From assembly GCA_040757035.1 (NCBI GenBank), contig JBFLYM010000005.1:1-51991 (forward strand): a stretch of 51,991 nucleotides of DNA, read 5' to 3'. Each line of letters starts with the position of its first letter. Positions within the stretch are counted from its first letter, which is position 1. The notes beneath the pieces were generated by a model, which searched no databases, was not told the origin of the DNA, and saw only the letters and a list, made by a program, of their open reading frames with translations. Shown here one piece after another: positions 39,174 through 49,369 of the stretch. This DNA is from Candidatus Micrarchaeota archaeon (GTDB lineage: Archaea; Micrarchaeota; Micrarchaeia; Anstonellales; Bilamarchaeaceae). A program made the position numbers and the translations under genes.

Positions 39174-39710
39174 TGGGCCCGCGGAGATTCTCAACCGAAC
39201 CGCGGAGGGGGAAACCCCTCCAAAACTGGTTGAGGGTTTTTAGGTGGGTGCTCAAACAGTTTTGAACAGTTTGAGGTGTCATGAACGACGATTCGTTCAT
39301 GAACATATAACAAACCAACACACGGTAATTCTTCGATACTTTCTGAATTACTTTGTTGGTTTGTCATATCATCCTGACCCTCCCCCAACGAATCGTTTTT
39401 TCTTTGGGGTGGACCCCTCAGACCTTTCTTTTTTTTAAAAAGAAAGGGATATGGACCGAACCGCGGAGGGGGAAACCCCCTCCCCCAGTTTTTCTTTTTG
39501 GGGTTGATACAGATCTTGATCTTGTTGTATTACTATCAACATCTGTTTTTCTTTTTGGGGTTAACCCCTTAGACCTTTTTCTTTTTCTAAAAGAAAAAGG
39601 GATATGGGTTTGAACTCCGAACCTATGGCTAGCTCAGACAGTCATTTATTGTTTTGTATTAAAGGACGTCATATAAGACCATCGCTCTAACCTGGATGAG
39701 CTACGGGCCC
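39174..39710 (-). tRNA. tRNA-Ile(TAT) with introns at 37/38 (39631-39671, 41 nt) and 59/60 (39188-39608, 421 nt)
   Basis: GGGCCCG/CGGGCCC-A73, ATGGT-CT-TAT-A^A-GCCAT, CGGAG-TTCAAA^T-CTCCG; BHB central helices CTTA/TGAG and TTCA/TGAG. Confidence 0.88.
39194..39607 (-). mobile_element. Two head-to-tail hairpin elements (39194-39454 core A; 39455-39607 core B) inside the tRNA-Ile intron
   Basis: Both units run ACCGAACCGCGG...GGGATATGG on the plus strand; junction GGGATATGG|ACCGAACC. Confidence 0.9.
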
Positions 39711-39820
39711 ATGCCTTGCCTAAAGAGACATATCAATAGGTTATATAGGCTTTATAGGCTTTATGGTTTAATTGGTAGAGAGATTTAAAAGTTTGATGCA
39801 TATTAATATTTTAGATTATT

Positions 39821-40285
39821 ATGGTTGTGGAAATAAAAGATTCGTTTAGATCTTTCGCGAATCGGGTAATTCATGCTTTACGGATGGGTAGATCAAGTGA
39901 AAGAGATGTAAGAATAGTACAGAGATTGCTCGTAAGAATAAACAAGAAAAATCTAATTCTTGCACATGCGCTACTTTCTGCTATCACCAAAGGCGAACAC
40001 AGCGAACAAGATGTAAAAAAATTCGCATATCTTCTTGATTTAGCAAATAAGAGAATAATTGAGAATAAAGAACCATTTTCCACTGCGGAAAAAGAAGAAA
40101 TCGAAGAAATATTTAAAAGGCATTTGCTTTCAATAAAAGCTGCGAAAAAATTTACCTTAGGAATAGACGAACTTCTTGCTATGGAATTGAATTCTAAATT
40201 GGAAGAAAAAATACTTTTATCCGAAAAACAACAGGAGATTCATCAACAAAATAAAGATAGAGAAAAGGAAAAACAGGTATATTAG
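39821..40285 (+). CDS. Hypothetical protein
   Basis: 154-aa ORF, helical/charged, no recognised motif. Confidence 0.65.
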   Translation: MVVEIKDSFRSFANRVIHALRMGRSSERDVRIVQRLLVRINKKNLILAHALLSAITKGEHSEQDVKKFAYLLDLANKRIIENKEPFSTAEKEEIEEIFKRHLLSIKAAKKFTLGIDELLAMELNSKLEEKILLSEKQQEIHQQNKDREKEKQVY

Positions 40286-40311
40286 AATTATACTAGAATT
40301 ATGTTAGAGTC

Positions 40312-40854
40312 ATGTTGTTAAAATTTAAATTCAAATTGGCAAATCGGATTTCTATGAAAATAAAATTAACTCCAGAACTCTCTTTTATTATTGGTTTTTG
40401 GTCCAAAATTAGAAGTAAAGAAGGACTTGGAATTGAAGGTGGACGCGACCTTCAAGAAATCTTTGCCGAACAAGTGCTTGGCCAAAAGTTAACCGAAACC
40501 AACAAATTACTTTCTGAAAATAATCTGATTTATTTTTACCATGGAAAATACCGCAAATTCTTCCAACAGATAGAAAATGAAAAATTAGAGAGATATAAAT
40601 ATCTAAATGAATATTCTGCGAGTTATCTTGCTGGCATATTTGATGCAGTCGGTAAGATAAACGAGCGCGGAGTGATTTGTCTAGAAAAGGGGGGAAACAG
40701 CGACGAAATGCTTTTATTTAGGCTCGGTTTTCCCACGCGAAAAATAAATAGTACTTTAATAATATTAAAACCAAAAACATTTCTTCTATTCATAAAAAAT
40801 TATACCAGACGATTTAAGGATCATCCAATAATGAAATTACTGAAGAAGAAATGA
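40312..40854 (+). CDS. Degenerate LAGLIDADG-like domain protein
   Basis: LTPELSFIIGFWS and SYLAGIFDAVG helices; start may be the second Met. Confidence 0.6.
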   Translation: MLLKFKFKLANRISMKIKLTPELSFIIGFWSKIRSKEGLGIEGGRDLQEIFAEQVLGQKLTETNKLLSENNLIYFYHGKYRKFFQQIENEKLERYKYLNEYSASYLAGIFDAVGKINERGVICLEKGGNSDEMLLFRLGFPTRKINSTLIILKPKTFLLFIKNYTRRFKDHPIMKLLKKK

Positions 40855-41564
40855 TTGATCTCATGAATCTAAAATTTTGGATTATAGTTAATGGTTATAA
40901 AGACTGGGCAAAGCAAACCGCAAATGAAGTTGAAAATTTCATTATAGCCAAAAAACACACAGTTGAAAATAAAGAAAATCAAGATGTTTGCATAATTATT
41001 GGAGGAGACGGAACGATTTTTTATAATAAAGATAAAATACATGGAGCAATATTTGCCATAGGTGGTCCGCAGAGCAAAGTCTGTCAAGCTAAACAAGAAA
41101 ACTGGAAACCCATGCTTGAGAAAATATTGAAAAAACTTGTAGTGGAAGAAAGAGCAGCGCTTTCAGCAAAAATAAACGATGAATATGTCGGTTGGGCAAT
41201 AAATGATATCGTAGTGCATTCGCGCAAGCATAATTTTGTTGAATTGGCGGTTTCTTTTCAAAAACAAACTTACGAGTTTGGAGGAGATGGAGTTATAGTT
41301 TCAACGCCCACTGGTGCGAGCGGCTATGCATATTCAGCAGGTGGTTTTGTCTTAAACAAATCTGATTTTTTGGTTGAAATAGTTCCAATATGTCCATATT
41401 TGCGCAAATTCACTCCTAAACTTGTTTCTATAAATGCAGATATAAACATTACATGCAAAGGTGCAGCCGATCTTATTTTAGATGGTCAGCGGATTATAGA
41501 ATTTGAAGAATGCGATAAAATAACAATTTGCGGAGATAAAACAATAAATTTTGTAGTCGTATAA
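40851..41564 (+). CDS. nadK: NAD kinase
   Basis: GGDGT, AINDIVV, DGVIVSTPTGASGYAYSAGG, PICP. Confidence 0.93.
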   Translation: MIDLMNLKFWIIVNGYKDWAKQTANEVENFIIAKKHTVENKENQDVCIIIGGDGTIFYNKDKIHGAIFAIGGPQSKVCQAKQENWKPMLEKILKKLVVEERAALSAKINDEYVGWAINDIVVHSRKHNFVELAVSFQKQTYEFGGDGVIVSTPTGASGYAYSAGGFVLNKSDFLVEIVPICPYLRKFTPKLVSINADINITCKGAADLILDGQRIIEFEECDKITICGDKTINFVVV

Positions 41565-41619
41565 TCTGACTTTACAAAATCGGTATTATTTAGTTGGCGG
41601 AGTATATTTGATTGGAGCA

Positions 41620-42879
41620 CTATAAATAACTAAATGGCGCATAAAACAAATTCGTTTCATCTATTTTTTCTAAGGATATTTTATTTAAATTCAGGATAAA
41701 TGCTAATTGAGGTTTATACACAGTAATAAAACTCCTTAAAGAGCGTGTCAAAGAGGCGTTTGTGCTTTTAACTTCAAGAGGGGTAGTTTTATTGGGTAAT
41801 ATAAAATCTACTTCTGCTTTGGCAGTTGTTCTCCAAAATCTTGGGTTTGCATTGCGGAGGCAGTTGAATACATGATTTTCAAATAGAGCGCCCATTTCTG
41901 TAGCATTAAATTCAAAGCGAGTTAGAAGATAGTTCCGCAAACCCGTGTCAATAAAATATACCTTAGGATTCTTTCTAAGTTCGGTTATCATATTTCTATA
42001 AAAGGGTGAAACAAACGTAAGTATATAAGTGGATTTTAATATGTGTAGCATTTGCTTTAGATCCTTATAGCTAATATTAAGTTGGTTGCATAGTGAATTG
42101 TAGTTGATTATATCTCCTGTCACATTACTAAGGGTTTTTAAAAGGATGAGAAATTCATCGGAGTGCTTTATTCTATACAGTTTAATTACATCTTTCTCAA
42201 TATATGTCTGGACTAAATTCTTTAATAAGAATTTTTTATCTTCAGCGTTTTCTGATAAGCAAATGCGCGGATATCCGCCATAAATCAGATATTCTTTGAG
42301 GTATGAGTTTAACTTGTCCAAATATGCGGTTTTGGGAAGCTCTTGCCTATTTCCTGCTAAAATTTCTTTAAAAGAAGCCCGAATTTCCCGATATATTGAA
42401 GCAAGTGCTTTGTCCTTACTATCTAAAAATTCCGAAAAACTAAATGGAAATAGCTCAAAGAAAAGAATACGACCAACAAGATAAGAAGAGATCTCAACAA
42501 GGTCTAATGCGGATGACCCAGTTATTATAATTTTTATATTTTCATATTTGTCATACAGTAGTTTTAGAATCTTTCCAGCATTTTTAACGCACTGGATTTC
42601 GTCTATTAAGAAATAATGTCTACCATTCGCCTTTTTTAGATAGTATTCAACAATTTCTTTTGGCGAGGATTCAAATCGCATGCGTTCTTCATCATCCTCC
42701 ATAGATAACAGATGTACAGTATTATTATCTATATTGGTATTTCTAAGCATACCAACAATGCGCTTTAATAATGTTGTTTTGCCGCTTTGTCTTGGCCCAC
42801 GTATTGCAAGAATTTCCTTGGCATTTAGCCAATGATAAATATTTTTTTCTATTTCTCTTTCTATATATGTTTCAGTCAT
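41620..42879 (-). CDS. AAA_14 / DUF4143-type ATPase
   Basis: GPRQSGKTT, IDEIQ, TGSS, GGYP, KVYFIDTGLRN, EVDF...EVK. Confidence 0.9.
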   Translation of the reverse strand: MTETYIEREIEKNIYHWLNAKEILAIRGPRQSGKTTLLKRIVGMLRNTNIDNNTVHLLSMEDDEERMRFESSPKEIVEYYLKKANGRHYFLIDEIQCVKNAGKILKLLYDKYENIKIIITGSSALDLVEISSYLVGRILFFELFPFSFSEFLDSKDKALASIYREIRASFKEILAGNRQELPKTAYLDKLNSYLKEYLIYGGYPRICLSENAEDKKFLLKNLVQTYIEKDVIKLYRIKHSDEFLILLKTLSNVTGDIINYNSLCNQLNISYKDLKQMLHILKSTYILTFVSPFYRNMITELRKNPKVYFIDTGLRNYLLTRFEFNATEMGALFENHVFNCLRNANPRFWRTTAKAEVDFILPNKTTPLEVKSTNASLTRSLRSFITVYKPQLAFILNLNKISLEKIDETNLFYAPFSYL

Positions 42880-43064
42880 AAGAATAGCTAAAACGCTATA
42901 TATTTTTAAATTTTTGTAATTTTTATAGTGTTTTTATTACAAAAAATGCAATTTTTCTATCGCGTCCTTATAAAGAGCGTATCTGTATAATTTTATATAG
43001 TTGGCATAATCTATGTCTATGTAATAAATATCTATGTCTATGTAATAAATTTTGCTGGATTTTC

Positions 43065-46000
43065 ATGATAAACATAACGATATATATATCTAAAATAAAA
43101 ATGCGTGGCTTCAAATCATTCAAATTCGCAGAAATGGTATTCCCCAATGATTTTGCGTGTCTTGCTGGTCCAAACGGAAGTGGGAAAAGTAATGTTTGCG
43201 ATGCAATAAGATTTGCCTTTGGAGAAACAAGTCTAAAGGCTCTTCGCGCAAAAAAAGTGAAAGATTTAATTTCGCACAATGCAACAATGGCCGAAGTAAC
43301 TTTGACATTAGATGGAAGCGAAAAACATGAGATAAAAAGGGCGATAAGAAACGACGGTAAAATAATGTATCGGTTAAATGGAAAGAGAACAACTCGAACG
43401 TCTATTCTAAGTCTACTCAAAAAATTTAATATAGATGAAAGCGGTAGAAACACTATCGCGCAGGGCGAAATAAACCACATTATAACCATGAGCGCGAAAG
43501 ATAGGCGCGAAATAATAGATAGTATAGCCGGCATTTCTGAATTTGAGAACAAAAAACGCGAAGCCATGAAAGATTTGGAAGTAGTTGAAACAAGATTGCG
43601 AGAAACAGCACTTATCCTAGGGGAAAAAATAGGAATGCTCAATGAACTGGAAAAAGAACTTAAAATTGCGCTTGACTATCTTGAAAATAAAAAAAAGTTT
43701 AACAATGCGCGCGGTTCAATAATAAAGAATGACATTGAAAAATTCACAACCGAATTGGAGAAGGCAATTTGCGACATGCAGAAACTGAATAATTCAATAA
43801 AAGCAAAACAAATAGATCTCGCTGAACTTGAAACAAAAATCAATGCGCTTGAAGCGGAAAAAAAGAATTATTTGGACGAAATTCAGGCAAAGCAGCAACA
43901 AAGTGCGGTTATAAAAAAAATAGAAAATATTAAGCTTATCCAGGTAAAGGATGGGCAAGAAATGGAAGAGAAAAAAAATTTGGTTGCGAGGTTTGAATGT
44001 GAAATCTCGGCTCTTAAAGATGAAATGAAAAAAGAACGCGACGAACTCGCAAAAACAGAATGTGAATTCAAGAAGGCTGATGAAGAACTTAATTTATTCA
44101 AATCGCAACATGGAGAAATGAAGTTCATAAGCGAATCAAAATTGAGAGAGATAACAGAAAGCCAAAAGGCAAAACTTATTTCTTTGAATGAATCGCGCGT
44201 GCGCGTTGAAGCAGAGATAAATGCAAGCGAACAGCTTATCAACGAAAAAAAATGTTCGTTGACCGTTCAAACAAATATAGACAATAAAGCAACAAAAGAA
44301 AAAATTACAAACGAAGTTGAAATCCTTAAGGGAGAAATAAACCAGGCAAAGGAAGAGCTTGAAGCGTTTTTTGAAGAAGAAAAAGAAAAAAACGCCAAGA
44401 TTGCAGAATTGGATAAACAAATTCTTTCTCTAAGGGAAAAAATCGCCGCGCTAAAAGCGCAAAACCCGCGTCTCGCATCTAGTGCAGTAATGGGTTTCAT
44501 AAATCAAATAAAAATGAAAAAAAGAGATAAGGAGAAGGGAGGTGGAGGCGGCAGCGGAGTGCATGGCGCGCTTATAGATTTGATAAAATTTGATGCGAAA
44601 TACGCAAACGCAATAGAAGCTGCGGCAGGACCAAGACTTCTTTATATAGTTGTTGACAACGCTGATATTGCAACTAAATTGATAACACAGATAAAAGAGG
44701 CTGGAGTCGGAAGAGCAACGTTTATTCCACTCAAAGAAGTGAAAGCACATCAAATAATTTTGGAAGATGGAATGCACCAATTGTTGGACTATATAGACTA
44801 CGATTCTGAAATAGAAAAAGCGGTGCAATATGCGTTCGGGGAAACTTTGCTCGTTCCAAACATGGAACACGCTAAGAAAACATGGTTCGGGAAACAAAGG
44901 ATGGTAACATTAGATGGAGAAATATTTGAAAAATCCGGCGTAATCACCGGTGGAAAAACTGCTGGAATAGCAACGACAGGAGCGCTTTCCAAACTTGAAA
45001 GCGAAATCGCTGAACATAAATCTACAAGGGAAGCGATGTTTGCTGAATTAGCGCGCGTACGCGACCAAATGTCTTCAACAAGGGCGATGCGAACCGAAAA
45101 GGAGATACGTGCAAAATCATTAGAAATAGAATTAACAGCACTGTGCAGCGAAGATGAAAAATTAATGCATGAATATAATGAAAATGAAAAAAAGAAAGCT
45201 GAAATAGACGAATTAAAATCAAAAATCAAATCACTGTTCTTAAAAAAAGAGGAATTTGAAAAAGAGATCTCACTGCTTTCGGAAAAAATCGCAGCCAATG
45301 AAAAGAATTTGGCATTGGAAATCCAGCAGCTCTCAAAGCAGAATGAAGAACTTGCAAAAAGGCATGCCAACAATGCTGCAAGAATATCGTCATTAGAAAC
45401 AAAGCGCAATGGACTTTTTAATGAGATAGCGATAAGAAAAACAAACATTTACAAATTAGAACTTAGGATTAAGCAAACGTCCGAAGAAAAAAACTCTTAT
45501 CTGTCAAAAATTTATGAATTGGAGAGAAGAGTGAACAACCAAAAGGACGACCTCACAAAATACGAAGAAGAATTTGCTTCATCAAGCAAAGAATTAGAGA
45601 TATTGTTCAAAAAAATGAAAGAAAGCGAGGAAAAAACCATTGAACTCGGGAAACAAAAAGGCGCGATTTCGTTTGAGAATGATAAATTTAACAAAGAATT
45701 AAATTTGCTTAGTATAAAAAAAGCGACAAGCGAAACAAAGCTGATTGATTTGAAGACTGAGTTTGACTCTCTTAAAGAATTTGAGTTCATGGCTAAACCA
45801 AGAGAAGAACTCTTGGAAATTGCGAAAACAGCCGAAGCATTCCTTTCCACCAATCAAAATGTAAATCTTGCGTCAATAGAACTTTATGAAAGAAAAAAGT
45901 CAGAAATAGAGGGTGTAAAAGAAAAAATGGAAACACTCAGAAAAGAAAAAGGAGCAATTTTCAATATGATTGAAGAGATAGATCTAAGAAAAAAGGAAAC

Positions 46001-46460
46001 GTTCTTTAATACTCTTTATTCAGTAAACGATAATTTCAAAAAAATGTTCAAACACATCCCACATGTAGGTGAAGGATATGTCTATTTAGACAAGCCAAAT
46101 GAACCGTTTGAAAGCGGTTTATTTCTAAAAATAAAACGCGGAATAAAAGAAATTGGTATAGAATCGCTTTCTGGAGGCGAAAATTCTCTCGTTGCGCTTA
46201 TGTTTATATTTGCGCTTCAGTTTGTCAAACCGTCGCCTTATTACATACTTGATGAAGTTGATTCTGCATTGGACGAAGAAAATAGTAAGAATTTGGCAAA
46301 ACTAATTAAGGAAATATCCAAAAACAGCCAATTTGTACTTGTAACTCACAACAACATAATAATGACATTTGCGAGCGCTGTGTTCGGAGTGAGCAAAAGT
46401 GATGGAATTTCAAAAATAGTAGGAATTAAACTATCGGAATTAGAAAAAGATGGAGATTAG
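43065..46460 (+). CDS. smc: Chromosome segregation protein SMC
   Basis: GPNGSGKSN, hinge [22 protein letters not shown], long coiled coils. Confidence 0.96.
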   Translation: MINITIYISKIKMRGFKSFKFAEMVFPNDFACLAGPNGSGKSNVCDAIRFAFGETSLKALRAKKVKDLISHNATMAEVTLTLDGSEKHEIKRAIRNDGKIMYRLNGKRTTRTSILSLLKKFNIDESGRNTIAQGEINHIITMSAKDRREIIDSIAGISEFENKKREAMKDLEVVETRLRETALILGEKIGMLNELEKELKIALDYLENKKKFNNARGSIIKNDIEKFTTELEKAICDMQKLNNSIKAKQIDLAELETKINALEAEKKNYLDEIQAKQQQSAVIKKIENIKLIQVKDGQEMEEKKNLVARFECEISALKDEMKKERDELAKTECEFKKADEELNLFKSQHGEMKFISESKLREITESQKAKLISLNESRVRVEAEINASEQLINEKKCSLTVQTNIDNKATKEKITNEVEILKGEINQAKEELEAFFEEEKEKNAKIAELDKQILSLREKIAALKAQNPRLASSAVMGFINQIKMKKRDKEKGGGGGSGVHGALIDLIKFDAKYANAIEAAAGPRLLYIVVDNADIATKLITQIKEAGVGRATFIPLKEVKAHQIILEDGMHQLLDYIDYDSEIEKAVQYAFGETLLVPNMEHAKKTWFGKQRMVTLDGEIFEKSGVITGGKTAGIATTGALSKLESEIAEHKSTREAMFAELARVRDQMSSTRAMRTEKEIRAKSLEIELTALCSEDEKLMHEYNENEKKKAEIDELKSKIKSLFLKKEEFEKEISLLSEKIAANEKNLALEIQQLSKQNEELAKRHANNAARISSLETKRNGLFNEIAIRKTNIYKLELRIKQTSEEKNSYLSKIYELERRVNNQKDDLTKYEEEFASSSKELEILFKKMKESEEKTIELGKQKGAISFENDKFNKELNLLSIKKATSETKLIDLKTEFDSLKEFEFMAKPREELLEIAKTAEAFLSTNQNVNLASIELYERKKSEIEGVKEKMETLRKEKGAIFNMIEEIDLRKKETFFNTLYSVNDNFKKMFKHIPHVGEGYVYLDKPNEPFESGLFLKIKRGIKEIGIESLSGGENSLVALMFIFALQFVKPSPYYILDEVDSALDEENSKNLAKLIKEISKNSQFVLVTHNNIIMTFASAVFGVSKSDGISKIVGIKLSELEKDGD

Positions 46461-48895
46461 TTGGTTGAATGTATCACAGCAAATGAAGCAGCATTTTCTC
46501 CTTCTACCAATCTAATTATGCGCACACCTTGGGTGTTTCTTCCTATAACTCTTATACCTTCAACTGGCGAACGAATAGTTTGACCCTTTGAGCTTATCAC
46601 AATTATTTCATCATTGTCATTTACGGATTTTACTCCGATTACTTTTCCTGTTTTGTCAGTGCAATCTATGTTTATTACGCCCATACCGCCGCGCGTCTGA
46701 AGACGGTATTCATTAAATTCCGTCCTTTTTCCATATCCATTTTCTGTTATTGTAAGCACTGCTGGTTTATCGCATGCTGTTGCGCCAATTACGCTATCAT
46801 TTTCACGCAACCGTATTCCGATCACTCCTTGTCCTGTTCTTCCAAGTTCGCGCGCATCGTTCTCATTGAATTTTATCGCATAACCCTCACGCGTAGCAAT
46901 AAGTATTTCATTGCTTCCATTTGTTTTTTTGACTTCAATAAGCGAATCGTTTTCTTTTAGAGTTATGGCAATTACTCCGCCTTTTCTCGGATTAGCGAAC
47001 GCATCCACGCCTATCCTCTTTATTATCCCATTTTTTGTAATCATTATCAAAAATTCTTTGTCTGAAAATGAATTTATACTTATCCACGCAGTTATTTTTT
47101 CGTCTTCAAGTTCAAGCATATTTGCTATTGGTTTTCCGCTCGCATACCTGGTTCCTTCAGGAATGTTGTACGCTTTAAGCCAGTGCACCCGTCCTTTATT
47201 TGTAAAAAATAATATATAGCTATGTGTTTTTGTAATTATAACATCTTCTACAAAATCTTCTTCTTTGGTTTCTGTGCCAATTACTCCTTTTCCTCCTCTT
47301 TTTTGCGTATGATACTCAAGAAGCGGTACTCTTTTTACATACCCTTTGTGGCTTATGAAAACTACGACTTCTTCATTCGGAACCAAATCTTCTATTGTGC
47401 ATTCATCACTGCTTTCAATTATTTTCGTTCTTCGCGCATCCGCGTATTTTTTTCTTATATCTAAAAGTTCTTCTTTGATTATGTTAAGTACCTTATTTTC
47501 ATCTCCAAGAACATCGCTAAGCCATGCGACAATTTTTTTAAGCTCTAGTAATTCCTTCTCTATTTTTTCCCTTTCCAAACAAGTAAGACGCTGAAGCTTC
47601 GTCTCCAAAATTGCTTCCGCCTGTTTTTCGCTAAGTGAATAGCTTTCCATAAGTCCTATTTTTGCAGTTTTTGGATCCTTAGACGATTTTATAGACATTA
47701 TTATTTCGTCTATTTTTCCTAATGCGATCATTAAACCTTCTAATACATGCGCTCTTGCTTCTGCCTGTTTCTTTTCAAAAATACATCTCTTTCTCACTAC
47801 CTCTTGTCTAAATTCAATAAAAAGTTTGAGCATGTTAAAAAGCGGCAACGTCTTTGGAGTATTATTTACTAATGAAAGATTGATTATTCCAAATGAAGAC
47901 TCTAAAGGTGTATGAACGTAAAGTTGATTAAGTACTATTTCTGGCATGGCGTCTTTCTTTAAGTCTATAATAACCTCCATTCCATCTTTATTGCTTCTGT
48001 CATGTATTCCACTTATTCCTTCTATTTTTTTATTTTTTATTCCATCTGCTATTGCTTCAATTATTGCAGTTTTGGTTACCTGATAAGGAATCTCTCTTAT
48101 TACAAGCCGATGTTTTTTTTCATCATTTCCATCATTTTTATTGTTTCTATCATTCTTATCATTTTCACCATTCTCTATTTTTGCTCTGAGGCGAATTATT
48201 CCTTTTCCTGTTTTGTAGGCTTCACATATCCCATTTTTGCCTACAATTATTCCTCCTGTTGGGAAATCTGGACCAGGAACAATTCTAAAAATTTCATTTT
48301 CCTCTGCTTTATCTATAACTGCAATAAGCGCGTCTACGATTTCTCCTAAATTATGGGGCGGAATGTTTGTCGCCATTCCAACCGCTATTCCAGAAGAGCC
48401 ATTAATTAACAGGGTTGGAATTTTTGAGGGGAGCACTGTTGGTTCTTTTAGAGTTCCATCAAAATTTGATACAAATTCTACAGTTTCTTTATCAATATCT
48501 GCGAGCATGTCTTCAGCAAGTTTTTTCATGCGCACTTCGGTATATCTCATTGCGGCTGCATTATCGCCATCAATTGAACCCCAATTTCCCTGGCCGTCAA
48601 CAAGACAATAGCGCATACTAAAATCTTGCGCCATTCTTACAAGCGAGTCGTATATTGCTATGTCGCCATGGGGATGAAATTTTCCCAGTGTTTCGCCAAC
48701 AATTCGCGCGCTTTTTTTATACTGTTTATCATGGGTGTTTCCCAATTCGCTCATTGCGTAAAGGATTCTTCTGTGGACTGGTTTTAAACCATCACGAACG
48801 TCAGGAAGCGCACGCCCAACAATTACACTCATCGCATAATCCAAATATGATTCTTTCATATCCTGCTCTATTGGTTGTTCTATTATTTCACTCAT
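46457..48895 (-). CDS. gyrA: DNA gyrase subunit A
   Basis: [21 protein letters not shown], GyrA box QKRGGKG, beta-pinwheel repeats. Confidence 0.97.
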   Translation of the reverse strand: MSEIIEQPIEQDMKESYLDYAMSVIVGRALPDVRDGLKPVHRRILYAMSELGNTHDKQYKKSARIVGETLGKFHPHGDIAIYDSLVRMAQDFSMRYCLVDGQGNWGSIDGDNAAAMRYTEVRMKKLAEDMLADIDKETVEFVSNFDGTLKEPTVLPSKIPTLLINGSSGIAVGMATNIPPHNLGEIVDALIAVIDKAEENEIFRIVPGPDFPTGGIIVGKNGICEAYKTGKGIIRLRAKIENGENDKNDRNNKNDGNDEKKHRLVIREIPYQVTKTAIIEAIADGIKNKKIEGISGIHDRSNKDGMEVIIDLKKDAMPEIVLNQLYVHTPLESSFGIINLSLVNNTPKTLPLFNMLKLFIEFRQEVVRKRCIFEKKQAEARAHVLEGLMIALGKIDEIIMSIKSSKDPKTAKIGLMESYSLSEKQAEAILETKLQRLTCLEREKIEKELLELKKIVAWLSDVLGDENKVLNIIKEELLDIRKKYADARRTKIIESSDECTIEDLVPNEEVVVFISHKGYVKRVPLLEYHTQKRGGKGVIGTETKEEDFVEDVIITKTHSYILFFTNKGRVHWLKAYNIPEGTRYASGKPIANMLELEDEKITAWISINSFSDKEFLIMITKNGIIKRIGVDAFANPRKGGVIAITLKENDSLIEVKKTNGSNEILIATREGYAIKFNENDARELGRTGQGVIGIRLRENDSVIGATACDKPAVLTITENGYGKRTEFNEYRLQTRGGMGVINIDCTDKTGKVIGVKSVNDNDEIIVISSKGQTIRSPVEGIRVIGRNTQGVRIIRLVEGENAASFAVIHSTN

Positions 48896-49002
48896 CTTAT
48901 AAGCCCCTACAATTTTGGATTAGTATACTAATTAAAAACATAAAACATTGATAAAACATTGCGCGTTCGTGTTTAAAAAGAATTGTTTTGGCGCTCTTAC
49001 TT

Positions 49003-49070
49003 TAGGCTGTCCGCTAACTCGCTTGAATAAAAATAAAAAATATATTTTTAATTAATTAGCGGACAATATA
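49003..49070. mobile_element. 68-bp MITE with 8-bp target site duplication
   Basis: TIR core TGTCCGCTAA/TTAGCGGACA; TCTTACTT at 48995-49002 and 49071-49078. Confidence 0.8.
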
Positions 49071-49288
49071 TCTTACTTTGGGCGCATATTTTTAGTTTGG
49101 TCAGGATAAAAAAAGTCGTGCAATTAGTATATTTATGTATTTCAATGTGCGAGAACAAAATTATACTATTTAAATTTTAATAAAAATAATTTTTAGCTTG
49201 GCTGTTTTGAAAATTGAAAATAAAAACAGAAAAGCGAAGTGAGGGTTGGATGGAGCTTTGGCTGACCATCTACCCATTTTTCTTTATT

Positions 49289-49357
49289 AGTTTTTTCTTT
49301 GGGGTTGATACAGATTTTATTGTACTATTATCAATATCCGTTTTTCTTTTTGGGGTT
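49289..49357 (-). repeat. Diverged core-B fragment of the tRNA-intron hairpin element
   Basis: TTTGGGGTTGATACAGAT...TATCAATATCCGTTTTTCTTTTTGGGGTT matches the core of 37056-37204 and 39455-39607. Confidence 0.8.
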
Positions 49358-49369
49358 GAAACGCAAACA

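Noticed and set aside
39191-39613. Short ORFs in the hairpin elements and introns (39191-39388, 39244-39438, 39353-39613, 27303-27587, 34749-34997, 36773-37392, 49299-49619)
   Set aside because: Translations of palindromic repeats or tRNA sequence; frames not conserved between copies and no protein motifs.
538-48951. Many antisense ORFs overlapping purL, ribD, smc, gyrA and others
   Set aside because: Shadow frames of well-supported genes with no recognisable motifs.
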